The translations under genes and the position numbers were made by a program. DNA of 64,000 nucleotides from an uncultured Gammaproteobacteria bacterium (GTDB taxonomy: Bacteria; Patescibacteriota; Microgenomatia; Levybacterales; UBA12049): contig CAYQEE010000001.1 in the NCBI GenBank assembly GCA_964416445.1, positions 131,676-195,675 of the forward strand, given 5' to 3'. Shown in pieces: positions 47,766 to 57,743 of the stretch. The notes beneath the pieces were generated by a model. The model was not told the DNA's origin. It saw nothing but the letters and a program-made list of their open reading frames with translations, and ran no database searches. Every line of letters starts with the position of its first letter. Position 1 is the first letter of the stretch.

Positions 47766-49514
47766 ATGTCAAAAAAGTCAAAGGGGCATACAAAGTTAAA
47801 TCAGTGGTTTGCAACGTCGATTTGTGGAAATGATATTTTAAGTTCTACATTTTATGTATCTGGAGTTGCGATTGTTTTTGCAGGGGTTTACGCTCCGATT
47901 GTCCTCGCGTTAATTGTTCTCGTATTGTTTTTTTATAAAGGTGTTTATACAGAAGTTGTTGAAGCATTGCCGATTAATGGAGGTGCGTATAATTGTTTGT
48001 TGAACGCTTCCTCAAAACCATTTGCAGCAATTGCAGGAACCATGACAATTTTATCGTATATGGCTACCGCGGTTTTGTCAGGCAATACCGCAATAGAATA
48101 TCTTCATTCAGTGATTAAATTTCCCGTCATACCAGTAACGATCGCATTGCTCTTGGCTTTTGCGTTGTTAGTTATTTCAGGGATTAAAGATTCTGCAAAA
48201 GTAGCGTTTACTATTTTTGCAACACATGTGATCGTTTTAACGCTCTTTCTCATACTCGGTGGCTGGTATGTTTTTCATGGGCATTCGTATCTTATGCAAA
48301 ATGTACATTTTACCCAAAATGGTATAGTTAATAAAAAAGGCCTTATGACGGCCTTGTTTTTTGGTTTTGCGACATCACTTTTAGGAGTATCAGGTTTTGA
48401 ATCGTCAGCAAATTTTGTTGAAGAACAAGCACCTGGTGTATTTCGAAAAACGCTGAGAAATATGTTAATTGGTGTTGGAATTTTTAATCCTTTGATCGCA
48501 CTTATTGTCTTAAATGTCCTACCCTATGCACATATTGCCTCAGCTGAAGATTTTCTTCTCTCCGACGCGGCTAAAGTTCTCGGGGGACATATATTCCAAT
48601 ATATAGTCATTGGTGACGCGTTTCTTGTACTTGCCGGAGCAGTATTAACGGCGTTTGTGGGAGTAAGTGGGTTAATGTATCGCATGACCACTGATGGGTG
48701 CTTACCAAATTTTCTTGCAAAACAAAATACGAAAGGTTCATATCCATATATCATTGTTGCATTCTTCATTTTTTCCGCTTCCATATTACTGGTAACACAA
48801 GGAAATCTGCTATCGTTGTCTGGGTTATATACCATTGCATTTTTAAGTGTCATGAGTTTGTTTGCTCTCGGAAATTTAATCATGCGTCGGACTCGGCCGA
48901 CTTTGAAGCGAACATATTATGCAAGTCAAGTATTAGTTTTCCTCGCATTTCTCGCCACTGCGAGTGGAGTGATTGGAAATATTCAAATTAATCATGAGAA
49001 CTTCTTTTTCTTCTGTATCTATTTTATTCCCGCTATGGCAATTGTATTATTATCAATCAATGAAGATGTGTTTATGAAAGTATTGTTAGGTCTCACTCGT
49101 AAAATTCCTACGGTATATGGTTATTTACATAAACATTTTGAAGATCTTATCAATGGAAAGTTTGTTGTTTTTATCCATCATCCGCACAGAATTCATGAAA
49201 TTCTTACCTATATTGATAGAAACGAAATTGGCAGATCAATTTATTTAGTTCACTGCAATAATAACGAAAAAGGTGCGCAATATGATAAAAGTTTTAAAGA
49301 ATTACTGCATATTGTTCCAGCTCTTCAAAAAGCTGGTGTGTTTCCACACCTTCGGTTACATGTATTATATAAAGAGAAACCGTTTGGACCTGATACCATT
49401 GATGATATTTCAAAAGAATTACATGTGAGAAAAAACAGAATTCTTATCGGCTCAATTCATGAAGAACATCCATTTGATTATGAGGAGTTAGGTGGCGTTC
49501 GTATCATCTTCTAA
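47766..49514 (+). CDS. APC-superfamily amino acid permease with a ~140-aa cytoplasmic C-terminal extension
   Basis: About 12 TM helices with APC-like spacing. The soluble C-terminal domain has no recognised family. Confidence 0.7.
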   Translation: MSKKSKGHTKLNQWFATSICGNDILSSTFYVSGVAIVFAGVYAPIVLALIVLVLFFYKGVYTEVVEALPINGGAYNCLLNASSKPFAAIAGTMTILSYMATAVLSGNTAIEYLHSVIKFPVIPVTIALLLAFALLVISGIKDSAKVAFTIFATHVIVLTLFLILGGWYVFHGHSYLMQNVHFTQNGIVNKKGLMTALFFGFATSLLGVSGFESSANFVEEQAPGVFRKTLRNMLIGVGIFNPLIALIVLNVLPYAHIASAEDFLLSDAAKVLGGHIFQYIVIGDAFLVLAGAVLTAFVGVSGLMYRMTTDGCLPNFLAKQNTKGSYPYIIVAFFIFSASILLVTQGNLLSLSGLYTIAFLSVMSLFALGNLIMRRTRPTLKRTYYASQVLVFLAFLATASGVIGNIQINHENFFFFCIYFIPAMAIVLLSINEDVFMKVLLGLTRKIPTVYGYLHKHFEDLINGKFVVFIHHPHRIHEILTYIDRNEIGRSIYLVHCNNNEKGAQYDKSFKELLHIVPALQKAGVFPHLRLHVLYKEKPFGPDTIDDISKELHVRKNRILIGSIHEEHPFDYEELGGVRIIF

Positions 49515-49584
49515 TTCCTTACCTAATTCTCAAGTAATTATCACCTAATATTTATCATGTCTCAGTAAAATTTGTCTCCTTGGT

Positions 49585-49779
49585 ATGACAAAAGTTACGA
49601 ATCAAAAAACGTTGCCGTTTAACTTTAATCCTGATCGGTATGTTGGATTTTGTCGAATATGTGGCAGAGAAGTTACCAAACGGGTTGCAGAGTTTTCGCA
49701 GAAAACATATGGTCTGATTCAGTGTTATTCTTGCCAGCGAAAAGGAGGAAAAAACTATGGTAGATCAAAAAGCCGTTGA
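49585..49779 (+). CDS. Small zinc-ribbon protein
   Basis: CxxC ... CxxC: 'FCRICGREV ... QCYSCQRKG'. Confidence 0.4.
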   Translation: MTKVTNQKTLPFNFNPDRYVGFCRICGREVTKRVAEFSQKTYGLIQCYSCQRKGGKNYGRSKSR

Positions 49780-50194
49780 TACGAAAAAACAAACTAAAAC
49801 GATTGAAGAAAAAATCAAAGAAGTAAATGAAATCTTAACGAAAGGTGAACCAGGAAATATTAGTGTTGATACGTACTCAGGTTATTCTGGATATAAGCCG
49901 CAATTTATTATTGATGCAATGAATGCGATATTTGGTATTGGAGGATGGGGTTTTGAAGAGCTTTCAAGTAGTTTAGAAGGCGGTGTTGAAGGAAAGAATG
50001 CAACAATGGCTGTTGGTCAAGTGAAAGTATGGATTAAAGGAGTAGAATTTGCCCCTGTTGGTTGGGGGCAAAGTAGAATTACGAAAGGTGATATTGGTGA
50101 TGCGAAAAAAGGTGCTCAAACTGATGCAATAAAAAAAGCACTTTCTTATTTTTCAATTGGAAATAGAGCATATCATGGTCTTCTGAAGGGATAA
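49757..50194 (+). CDS. Rad52/Rad22-family single-strand annealing protein
   Basis: 'YKPQFIIDAMNAIFGIGGWGFEEL' matches the Rad52 '[22 protein letters not shown]' motif. 'AKKGAQTDAIKKALSYFSIGNRAYHG' matches '[23 protein letters not shown]'. Confidence 0.65.
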   Translation: MVDQKAVDTKKQTKTIEEKIKEVNEILTKGEPGNISVDTYSGYSGYKPQFIIDAMNAIFGIGGWGFEELSSSLEGGVEGKNATMAVGQVKVWIKGVEFAPVGWGQSRITKGDIGDAKKGAQTDAIKKALSYFSIGNRAYHGLLKG

Positions 50195-50248
50195 TTACCC
50201 CCGAGATATTTCAGTAAATTTCCCAAACCTGTTATCATGTAAAATATT

Positions 50249-51479
50249 CATGGGAAAAAAATTCAATCAACAGGCATCTGTATGGGTTACTTTGGCCTTA
50301 TTCGTTATATTTCTTTTAGCGATCTTTTTTCGATTTTTTAATTATACGAATCGATGGGGGTTAGCTTCTGACCAAGCGAGGGATGCTATCATCATTGAAC
50401 GATCAATCCAATAGCATACATTTCCTCTTATTGGTCCATTCTCTGCTTCAGGACCGTTTGTTTTTGGTCCTTCCTGGTATATTTTCTTTATTGTTTTTAC
50501 TTCAGTATTTCCCCAATGGGTCATGACGCCATGGATTGTTCAAAGTATTATATTTACCCTCATGGTATTTGCGATGGTAAAAATTGGAGAAGAAATTGAA
50601 CAGAAAAGCTTAGGATTACTTTTTGGATTATTTACCGCAATCTCTACCGCGCAAATTACATTATCAACAAATCTTATTTTTTCAGCGCTCGTGAGTTGTT
50701 TCTCCGTAGGTTGTTTATATTACTTTTTACGATGTCTTAAAAAAGATTCGGTAATAAACTTTTTTATATTAGCATTATTAATGTCGGTTGCCATTACGGT
50801 ACATTTTCAGGCCATTCCTTTATTGATATTGTTGGTAATTGCTTGGGCAAAAAAGCGAATGAAACCGAAATATCTCTTCTACAGTATTGGTGGGTTTATC
50901 ATACCGTTTATACCACTTATTATTTTTGATACACAAACGGGTTTTTACGAAAGTACGCATCTCGTACAGTTTTTTCTTTTTAATCATGATGCGTATATAA
51001 CGAAACGTTGGTTAATTTACGCTGGGCAATTCTGGCCTGATGTGTGGGGTGATATAATTGGTGGGAATTTGTTTATCGGTGCCCTGCTTATGGTTATTTC
51101 TTTTGGTATCGCTGCCTATCAAATAGGGAAGAAACAATTAAATAGGGAAATGGGTTATTCCCTCATTGCTTTTGCTGGAATATTTATTCTGCTTCGATAT
51201 TTTCGTGGAATTCTTTTTGAAGGTTTTCTTTCGTTTCTGCATCCATTTGTCCTCTTAATCAGTGCGTGGGTATGTTTGCAAATTTATAAAATGCATAGAA
51301 TTATTGGGTTTTGTTTTATTCTTTTGATTGTTGTTCTGACAATGGTAAATAGTTTGAATGCAATACTTCATTCAACAAATAACACCGATAAGGAAACGCA
51401 AATTCTTGAAAATGTTATTGAAACAAAATATCCAAATAAAACATATGCTTTGTATGATTTTCAATATAAAAATACATAG
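50249..51479 (+). pseudogene. GT-C fold membrane glycosyltransferase (ArnT/PMT, GT39/GT83-like) with an apparent 1-nt frameshift in a T6A3 homopolymer at 50333-50341
   Basis: The frame from the 50249 ATG reads 'MGKKFNQQASVWVTLALFVIFLLAIFFRFF' and stops at 50369. The downstream ORF frame is open back to 50319 and reads 'NYTNRWGLASDQARDAIIIEPINPIAY...', an ArnT-like 'W..DExRYA' loop, before continuing into the 318-aa polytopic ORF at 50523. Confidence 0.5.
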
Positions 51480-51509
51480 CAAAGCCTTCCTTTATCACTT
51501 TTTATTCTT

Positions 51510-51725
51510 TTGAAAAAGGAAAATAATACCAAAGGAACACGAATCGGGTTGTCGAATCGGTTATTACAAGATCCTCGGTATCCACTTATGTACCATATTG
51601 AATTACCTTATCCGATCTATGTCTATGACTTAAATCGTGCAACAGTTGGTGATATAAAGAAGGATCAATGGATACTGGTTAATCCAAGAGCAGTCTACAG
51701 CTCTATTGAAGATTGGTATAAATAA
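51510..51725 (+). CDS. Small hypothetical protein
   Basis: 71-aa ORF with no recognisable features. Confidence 0.25.
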   Translation: MKKENNTKGTRIGLSNRLLQDPRYPLMYHIELPYPIYVYDLNRATVGDIKKDQWILVNPRAVYSSIEDWYK

Positions 51726-51743
51726 CTGTTTTCTAAGTCTCAA

Positions 51744-54581
51744 TTGAATAATACCAGTATTTTCGATACAATTGGCTATATGTTTAAGCCTGTTTCTGCA
51801 AAAATTGAATTTCCGAAACTTGAAGAAGAACTTATCAAGTATTGGAAAGAAAATAACATTTTTGAAAAATCAATTTCTACTCGTCCGGAAGATAAGCGAT
51901 GGACGTTTCTTGATGGACCTCCGTTTATTACCGGAATGCCTCATTATGGAACACTGCTCTCGAGTATTCCTAAGGATGTTTTTGGAAGGTATTGGACCAT
52001 GAAAGGATTTCGTGTCCGAAGAGTATGGGGATGGGACTGTCATGGATTACCTGCAGAAAATAAGGTAGAAAATAAACTTGGGCTTAAAAGTAAACGAGAA
52101 ATTGTTGAAAAAATAGGCGTAAAAAAATTTATAGATGAATGTAAATCGTATGTGAGTGAAGTTTCGTCAGAATGGGAATGGTACATCGATCATATTGCCC
52201 GTTGGGTTGATTTTAAACATGCCTATAAAACTATGGATCTTTCTTATATGGAAACGGTCATGTGGGTATTTAAGCAAATGTATGAAAAAGGACTCATCTA
52301 TAAAGGTTTGCGAGTTTCTCTCTACTGTCCTCATTGTGCAACGCCGATTTCCAATTTTGAAGTTGCTATGGATGCTGAAAATCATAAAGAGTTACTTGAT
52401 CCCGCTGCGACATATAAATATAAACTTGTTGGAGAAAAGGATACCTTTATCTTGGCATGGTCTACAACTCCTTGGAATAAATTAGTGACGCCTGCTCTTG
52501 CAGTGAATCCTAAATTTACCTATGTAAAAGTAAAACAGGGAAACGAATATTATATTCTGGCAGAGACAACATTGAACATGTTACAGAGGGAACCGTATGA
52601 AGTTGTTGAAAAAATGAAAGGAAAAGATCTCGTGGGAAAACAGTTTGAACCGCATTATGATTTTTATCAAATAGAACCTGGTAAGAGAGCATTTATCATT
52701 GTTGGTGGCGACTTTGTAACCGCTGAAGAAGGCACAGGAGTTGTTACTATTGCGGCATATGGAGAAGAGGATTTAAAAGTAATGCAAGAAGAGAATATTG
52801 AAATTGCTATTCATTTAGATGAAGAAGGAATGATAAAAGCAGATGTTCCTCAATTCGGTGGACTATATTACTTAAAAGCGAATAAATTAGTTAATCAAGA
52901 TTTAGAAAAACGAGGATTAGTATATCATGAGTATCAATATGCTCATACGGTGCCACTTTGTTGGCGATGTCATACGCGGTTGTATTATGCTCCCCAAGAT
53001 GCGTGGTACGTTGATATTCAAAAAATGAAAAAACAAATGGAAGAAACGAATGAGTTAGTGAATTGGTTTCCCCCTCACTTTAAGTATGGACGTTTTTTGA
53101 AAAGCTTACAGTCCGCTCCTGACTGGTGTATTTCTCGAAGTCGATTCTGGGGCTCACCTGTGCCTGTCTGGGAATGTGTCTGTGGAGAACGAATCGTTCC
53201 CGGTTCAATTCATGAGCTTGAAACATTGTCAGGGGAAAAAATAACTGATTTACATAAGCCAGAGATTGATGAGGTCGAGATTCATTGTTTAAAATGTGGG
53301 AAAGTTGCAAAACGAGTTCCTGAAGTATTAGATAGCTGGATTGAAGCGGGGAGTGCTTCCTTTGCTGAACGGCATTTCCCGTTTGAAAAAAATGAAAAAC
53401 TTGCTGATTTTTTTCCTGCAGATTTTATTACCGAATACACCGGGCAAATTCGCGCGTGGTTTTATGTCCTTCACGTTATAGCAAACGCGCTGTATAAATC
53501 AAATGAATTTAAAAATGTGTTAGTCACTGGCGTTATTTTAGGTACGGATGGTCGGAAAATGAGCAAAAATTTTGGAAATTATCCAGATCCAAAAGAGATG
53601 TTGCAAAAATATGGAGGGGATGCATTACGATTGTATTTACTTGGTAGTCCTGTTATGCATGGAGAAGACATCATTATTTCTGAAGAACAATATCGTAATC
53701 AAGTACGAGGCATGTTGCTGATTTTGTGGAATTCATATAACTTTTTTATGATGAATGTGCAGACCGATGGATGGGAACCAAAAACAAAAAGTGAAAAAAG
53801 TAGTCATGTGTTAGATACATGGATCATTTCGCTTCTTCATTCGCTTGCCAAACAAGTAACCAATGATTTGGAAAAGTATGATACGGTCGCAGCTGTTGAA
53901 CGGTTTCGAAAATTTATTGATGCATTCTCTACCTGGTATATTCGTCGGAGTCGAGAGCGAGTGGGTCCAACGGCAGAAGATCCTGTTTCCAAAGAGCAGT
54001 TCTATCAAACAGGATTTACTGTTTTTACTACTCTTTCAAAACTTCTCGCGCCAATAATTCCTTTTATGAGCGAAGAAATATACCGAAATTTAACACAGGA
54101 AGCATCGGTTCATTTAGCCTATTGGCCGGTTGTGAATGAATCATTACGTGATAAAAAACTTGAAGAACAAATGAAAACTGCACGGTTATTAGTTGAGGAA
54201 GCGCTATCTCAGAGAAAAGCTGCACAAATAAAGGTCCGACAACCATTACAAAAAGTGACACTTGCAACACCAGAACCATTACCGAACGGGATACTCAAAT
54301 TGATTCAAGACGAACTTAATGTGAAAGAAGTTGAAAATACCAAAGGTGATATGCTCGTGAATTTGCATACCGAGATAACCCCTGAACTGAAAGAAGAAGG
54401 CGAAGCACGAGATATTGCACGGGCAATACAGGAAGAACGAAAGAAATTAGGCACCTCGCGAACAGAACAGGTGCATGTTACTTTGCCAACTTGGCCAAAA
54501 GCATTTGAATCGTATATTAAGAAAAAAGCACTTGTTGCTACGCTGCAAAAAGGGGATCAATTCAAAGTAACTCGGTTATGA
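51744..54581 (+). CDS. ileS: Isoleucyl-tRNA synthetase, type 2 (eukaryote/archaea-like)
   Basis: 'PPFITGMPHYGTLL' is the HYGH variant. 'GWDCHGLPAE', 'WCISRSRFWGSPVPVW' and KMSKS 'KMSKNFGNY' are present. Size is 945 aa. Confidence 0.9.
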   Translation: MNNTSIFDTIGYMFKPVSAKIEFPKLEEELIKYWKENNIFEKSISTRPEDKRWTFLDGPPFITGMPHYGTLLSSIPKDVFGRYWTMKGFRVRRVWGWDCHGLPAENKVENKLGLKSKREIVEKIGVKKFIDECKSYVSEVSSEWEWYIDHIARWVDFKHAYKTMDLSYMETVMWVFKQMYEKGLIYKGLRVSLYCPHCATPISNFEVAMDAENHKELLDPAATYKYKLVGEKDTFILAWSTTPWNKLVTPALAVNPKFTYVKVKQGNEYYILAETTLNMLQREPYEVVEKMKGKDLVGKQFEPHYDFYQIEPGKRAFIIVGGDFVTAEEGTGVVTIAAYGEEDLKVMQEENIEIAIHLDEEGMIKADVPQFGGLYYLKANKLVNQDLEKRGLVYHEYQYAHTVPLCWRCHTRLYYAPQDAWYVDIQKMKKQMEETNELVNWFPPHFKYGRFLKSLQSAPDWCISRSRFWGSPVPVWECVCGERIVPGSIHELETLSGEKITDLHKPEIDEVEIHCLKCGKVAKRVPEVLDSWIEAGSASFAERHFPFEKNEKLADFFPADFITEYTGQIRAWFYVLHVIANALYKSNEFKNVLVTGVILGTDGRKMSKNFGNYPDPKEMLQKYGGDALRLYLLGSPVMHGEDIIISEEQYRNQVRGMLLILWNSYNFFMMNVQTDGWEPKTKSEKSSHVLDTWIISLLHSLAKQVTNDLEKYDTVAAVERFRKFIDAFSTWYIRRSRERVGPTAEDPVSKEQFYQTGFTVFTTLSKLLAPIIPFMSEEIYRNLTQEASVHLAYWPVVNESLRDKKLEEQMKTARLLVEEALSQRKAAQIKVRQPLQKVTLATPEPLPNGILKLIQDELNVKEVENTKGDMLVNLHTEITPELKEEGEARDIARAIQEERKKLGTSRTEQVHVTLPTWPKAFESYIKKKALVATLQKGDQFKVTRL

Positions 54582-55663
54582 TGCATCAAAAGCTGCCGTT
54601 GTATCTTGATATTAAGTTAATTCTACCGGTACTTGTATTGGTTACGTTAAGTTTGGTAACGTTGTTCTCCATCGATGTCTCGTTTTTTCGCTATCAGTTA
54701 TTATTTTGTATTGCATCGATAATCGTTTTTTTATTTGTTTCACAAATTGATTATCGATCCTTGGAAATGCTATCCGTACCTATTTATATCGGTTCACTTA
54801 TTTGTCTTTTGATTGTTTTATTTTTGGGATTTTCCACAAGAGGTGCAGTTCGATGGCTCGCGCTTTTTGGATTTAGTATCCAATTTTCTGAAATTTTGAA
54901 ACCATTACTTGCGATTTCTCTTGCGTCATTTCTTGCTCAAAAGAATGTGATGTCTCGAAAAGTGTTATTCCAGGTTTTACTTTTTGTCGCCCCGATTGCT
55001 TTTCTTATCTATCGTCAACCAGATCTCGGCAATGCACTTATTTACCTTGGGACTGTTTTTTTAACATTGTTAGTCTTTGGTTTTCCTCTTCGTTGGTTTT
55101 TTGTTGGCATTGTGGCTATAACGGGAAGTATACCTTTAATTTGGAGATTTCTTCATGAGTATCAAAGAGCTCGGTTATTAACTTTTTTTCATATTACCAA
55201 CGATCCCTTAGGAATATCCTACAACGCAATTCAATCAGTAATTGCTGTTGGTTCAGGAACATTACTTGGAAAAGGATTAGGACAGGGAACACAGTCTGGA
55301 CTGAGATTTCTTCCTGAACGGCATACAGACTTTATTTATGCAACGCTTTCCGAGGAATTAGGCTTTGTCGGTTCCGTGATTATCTTAATTGCGTTCGGAT
55401 TTCTTTTTATGAGGTTGTATGCTATTTTTAAAGAAAGTAATGACCTATTTTCACGAGTTTTCATTGCTGCGTGCTTCTTTTTGATGCTTATTCAGTGTGT
55501 CGTCAATATTGGTATGAATATTGGTATGTTGCCTATTGTGGGTGTTACGCTACCATTTGTCTCCTATGGTGGGAGTTCGTTGTTATCCAATGCTATTTTT
55601 CTTGGTCTTGTTTCTGCTATGGGAAGGTATGCGAAGACCCGAAATGTGCTGGAAATTGCCTAG
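54578..55663 (+). CDS. SEDS-family peptidoglycan glycosyltransferase (RodA/FtsW-like), second copy in the window
   Basis: 'PERHTDFIYATLSEELGFVGS' is the SEDS signature. 10 TM helices. Confidence 0.8.
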   Translation: MMHQKLPLYLDIKLILPVLVLVTLSLVTLFSIDVSFFRYQLLFCIASIIVFLFVSQIDYRSLEMLSVPIYIGSLICLLIVLFLGFSTRGAVRWLALFGFSIQFSEILKPLLAISLASFLAQKNVMSRKVLFQVLLFVAPIAFLIYRQPDLGNALIYLGTVFLTLLVFGFPLRWFFVGIVAITGSIPLIWRFLHEYQRARLLTFFHITNDPLGISYNAIQSVIAVGSGTLLGKGLGQGTQSGLRFLPERHTDFIYATLSEELGFVGSVIILIAFGFLFMRLYAIFKESNDLFSRVFIAACFFLMLIQCVVNIGMNIGMLPIVGVTLPFVSYGGSSLLSNAIFLGLVSAMGRYAKTRNVLEIA

Positions 55664-55690
55664 CGCTTTTGGTATAATGATAACTATTGT

Positions 55691-56074
55691 ATGAAATACG
55701 CAGTTATTATAAGTGGAAACAGACAATATAAAGTCTCAGAAGGAGATATTATTGAGGTTGATCAACTTGCCGGTAAGGTAGAAGATACCCATACGTTTGC
55801 GCAAGTGCTTCTTTATGTAGATGGAGATAAAAGCCAGTTTGGAACACCACTGTTGTCACATGTTCCCGTTACCGGAAGTATTGTTTCGCATAAAAAAGGG
55901 AAAAAAATTCGCGTTGCTAAATTTAAAGCAAAATCTCGCTATCGAAGAGTACAAGGTTTTCGACCTGCAGTAACGCTTGTAAAAATTACTTCTATCGGTT
56001 CACAAGAAGGCACAAAAGATACAGCTTCTCCAGCGAAAGTAAAATCTGAAAAAAAAGAAACAGTTCAAAAATAA
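55691..56074 (+). CDS. rplU: 50S ribosomal protein L21
   Basis: 'MKYAVIISGNRQYKVSEGDIIEVD' is a canonical L21 N-terminus. Confidence 0.9.
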   Translation: MKYAVIISGNRQYKVSEGDIIEVDQLAGKVEDTHTFAQVLLYVDGDKSQFGTPLLSHVPVTGSIVSHKKGKKIRVAKFKAKSRYRRVQGFRPAVTLVKITSIGSQEGTKDTASPAKVKSEKKETVQK

Positions 56075-56077
56075 CTC

Positions 56078-56107
56078 TTGACAAGTTGTGAAAATTTTTT
56101 ATAGAAT
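56078..56107 (+). promoter_or_regulatory. Candidate promoter TTGACA-17/18-TAGAAT upstream of rpmA
   Basis: The -35 TTGACA at 56078-56083 and a -10-like ATAGAAT at 56101-56107 were read directly. An internal promoter between rplU and rpmA is not required, so confidence is low. Confidence 0.3.
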
Positions 56108-56136
56108 AGGATTGGTTTTCACAGGAGATACGAACT

Positions 56137-56388
56137 ATGGCACATACAAAACAAGCAGGAGCAGTAAAAGGTAATAGAGATTCAATAGCAAAGCGTTTAG
56201 GCGTAAAACTTTATGCTGGCCAAAAAGTGAAAGCCGGAAATATCATTGTGAGACAAAAAGGGACAAAATTCTTTCCTGGTAATGGGGTAGATATGGGGAA
56301 AGATTTTACGATATTTTCTCTTGTTGAAGGTATAGTTAAATTTAAGAGACTTAAAGGCAAGAAAATTATAGAGGTTGTTAATGGATAA
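56137..56388 (+). CDS. rpmA: 50S ribosomal protein L27
   Basis: '[29 protein letters not shown]' is a canonical L27 N-terminus. Confidence 0.9.
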   Translation: MAHTKQAGAVKGNRDSIAKRLGVKLYAGQKVKAGNIIVRQKGTKFFPGNGVDMGKDFTIFSLVEGIVKFKRLKGKKIIEVVNG

Positions 56389-57217
56389 TACGGATAATAG
56401 AATATACGAACTAGAAACACATTTAATTCAGTTAAACCCGCTTCAGCCTCGAGGCGTCATCATGCCCGAATCCCTTACCGATTTAGTTGATTCAATTCGC
56501 GAGCAGGGTATTCTTGAACCACTCATCGTCGCTCAAACTCCCGCAGGATATCAGTTAATTGCGGGCGAACGTCGATTGCGAGCTGCAAAAATTCTCGGTA
56601 TTCAGAAAGTGCCTGTTGTTATTAAAGAAACAACACCTCAAGGTATTTTAGAAATGTCCATTGTTGAAAATGTACAGCGGGAAGACTTAAATCCTATTGA
56701 GCGTGCACTTGCATATAAACGGTTAATTGATGAATTTGGATTAAGTACAAACGAAGTTGCAAGAAGAGTTGGTAAAAGTGTTCCAACAATTTCTAATACA
56801 ATTCGTTTGCTTTCCTTGCCAGATGCAATCAAAGACGCACTTGTTGCAGGTGTTATCACTGAAGGGCATGTGCGACCACTCATTTCACTGGGTGACACGG
56901 CACTTATGTTAACATTATTCAAAAAAATATTGAAGGAAAATAGTACGGTAAGGCAAACAGAGGAGATGGCACGACACGCAAAAGGGGAAATTCAAAAAAA
57001 GGAACCACAAACGCATAAATCAAAAATCTATATTCCCGAACTAGTTGAGATGGAAAAATTAATACAAGAGCGTCATGGGTTTTCTAAAGTGCAATTAAGT
57101 CAATCACGCAGTTTAGCAAGAATTGTAATAGAAGTAAAAGGTGATCTTGAAGAAACGACGCAACATGTAAAAAATGTCGTCAAATTGCTACTTGAAGTAG
57201 AAAATAAACCTTCATAA
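56375..57217 (+). CDS. parB: Chromosome partitioning protein ParB (Spo0J)
   Basis: ParB box '[40 protein letters not shown]' and HTH '[24 protein letters not shown]'. Confidence 0.85.
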   Translation: MLMDNTDNRIYELETHLIQLNPLQPRGVIMPESLTDLVDSIREQGILEPLIVAQTPAGYQLIAGERRLRAAKILGIQKVPVVIKETTPQGILEMSIVENVQREDLNPIERALAYKRLIDEFGLSTNEVARRVGKSVPTISNTIRLLSLPDAIKDALVAGVITEGHVRPLISLGDTALMLTLFKKILKENSTVRQTEEMARHAKGEIQKKEPQTHKSKIYIPELVEMEKLIQERHGFSKVQLSQSRSLARIVIEVKGDLEETTQHVKNVVKLLLEVENKPS

Positions 57218-57743
57218 TTTCTCATAAGTTTTCACACTCTACTGGATTTTCTTCCTAGGTTACCTGCTATACTATATTCACGATGATTTTTCTTGCTGGA
57301 GATAAGCATGGATACGCAGCAATATAATGTGTTGCTGCATATCTTCATGCACTTCACCTTTCTTTGTAAATGTTGGAATTAAACATGAACACGGGGATAT
57401 GAGACTTGAAGATTTTATTCCTCTCGGAACAATATGTTTTGGAAAATAGAGAGAATAGCGGAATACTTTCCTTTGGTACTGTTATTGGTGTTGAAGTCGG
57501 AGCAAATAAGTTTGCTTGAATAAGAGCTTGTTTAGCAACAAATGAGCAAATAGCAAAGTGGGCAAAAATATATGATAAAACTAATATTTTATGTTTATCT
57601 GGATGGCAGACGAGTATAGAAATGATACAAAAAATTGTAGCCACATGGAAGCACGCAGAATATGATGGAAATGAGAAAAGACTCCACATGTTTACGAAAT
57701 TTGAAACTTGGCATTAAGTCTGCGTTTTGAATAATTATTGAAC

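Noticed and set aside
49585-51479. Prophage remnant hypothesis for the Rad52-like region
   Set aside because: No integrase, terminase, capsid, portal or repressor genes lie within ~10 kb on either side. The flanking genes are a permease and a glycosyltransferase. Kept only as a minor alternative in the Rad52 finding.
56375-57400. parS site (TGTTNCACGTGAAACA) near parB
   Set aside because: Reading through parB and its flanks found no 16-bp palindrome close to the consensus. It may lie outside the window or be too divergent to recognise by eye.
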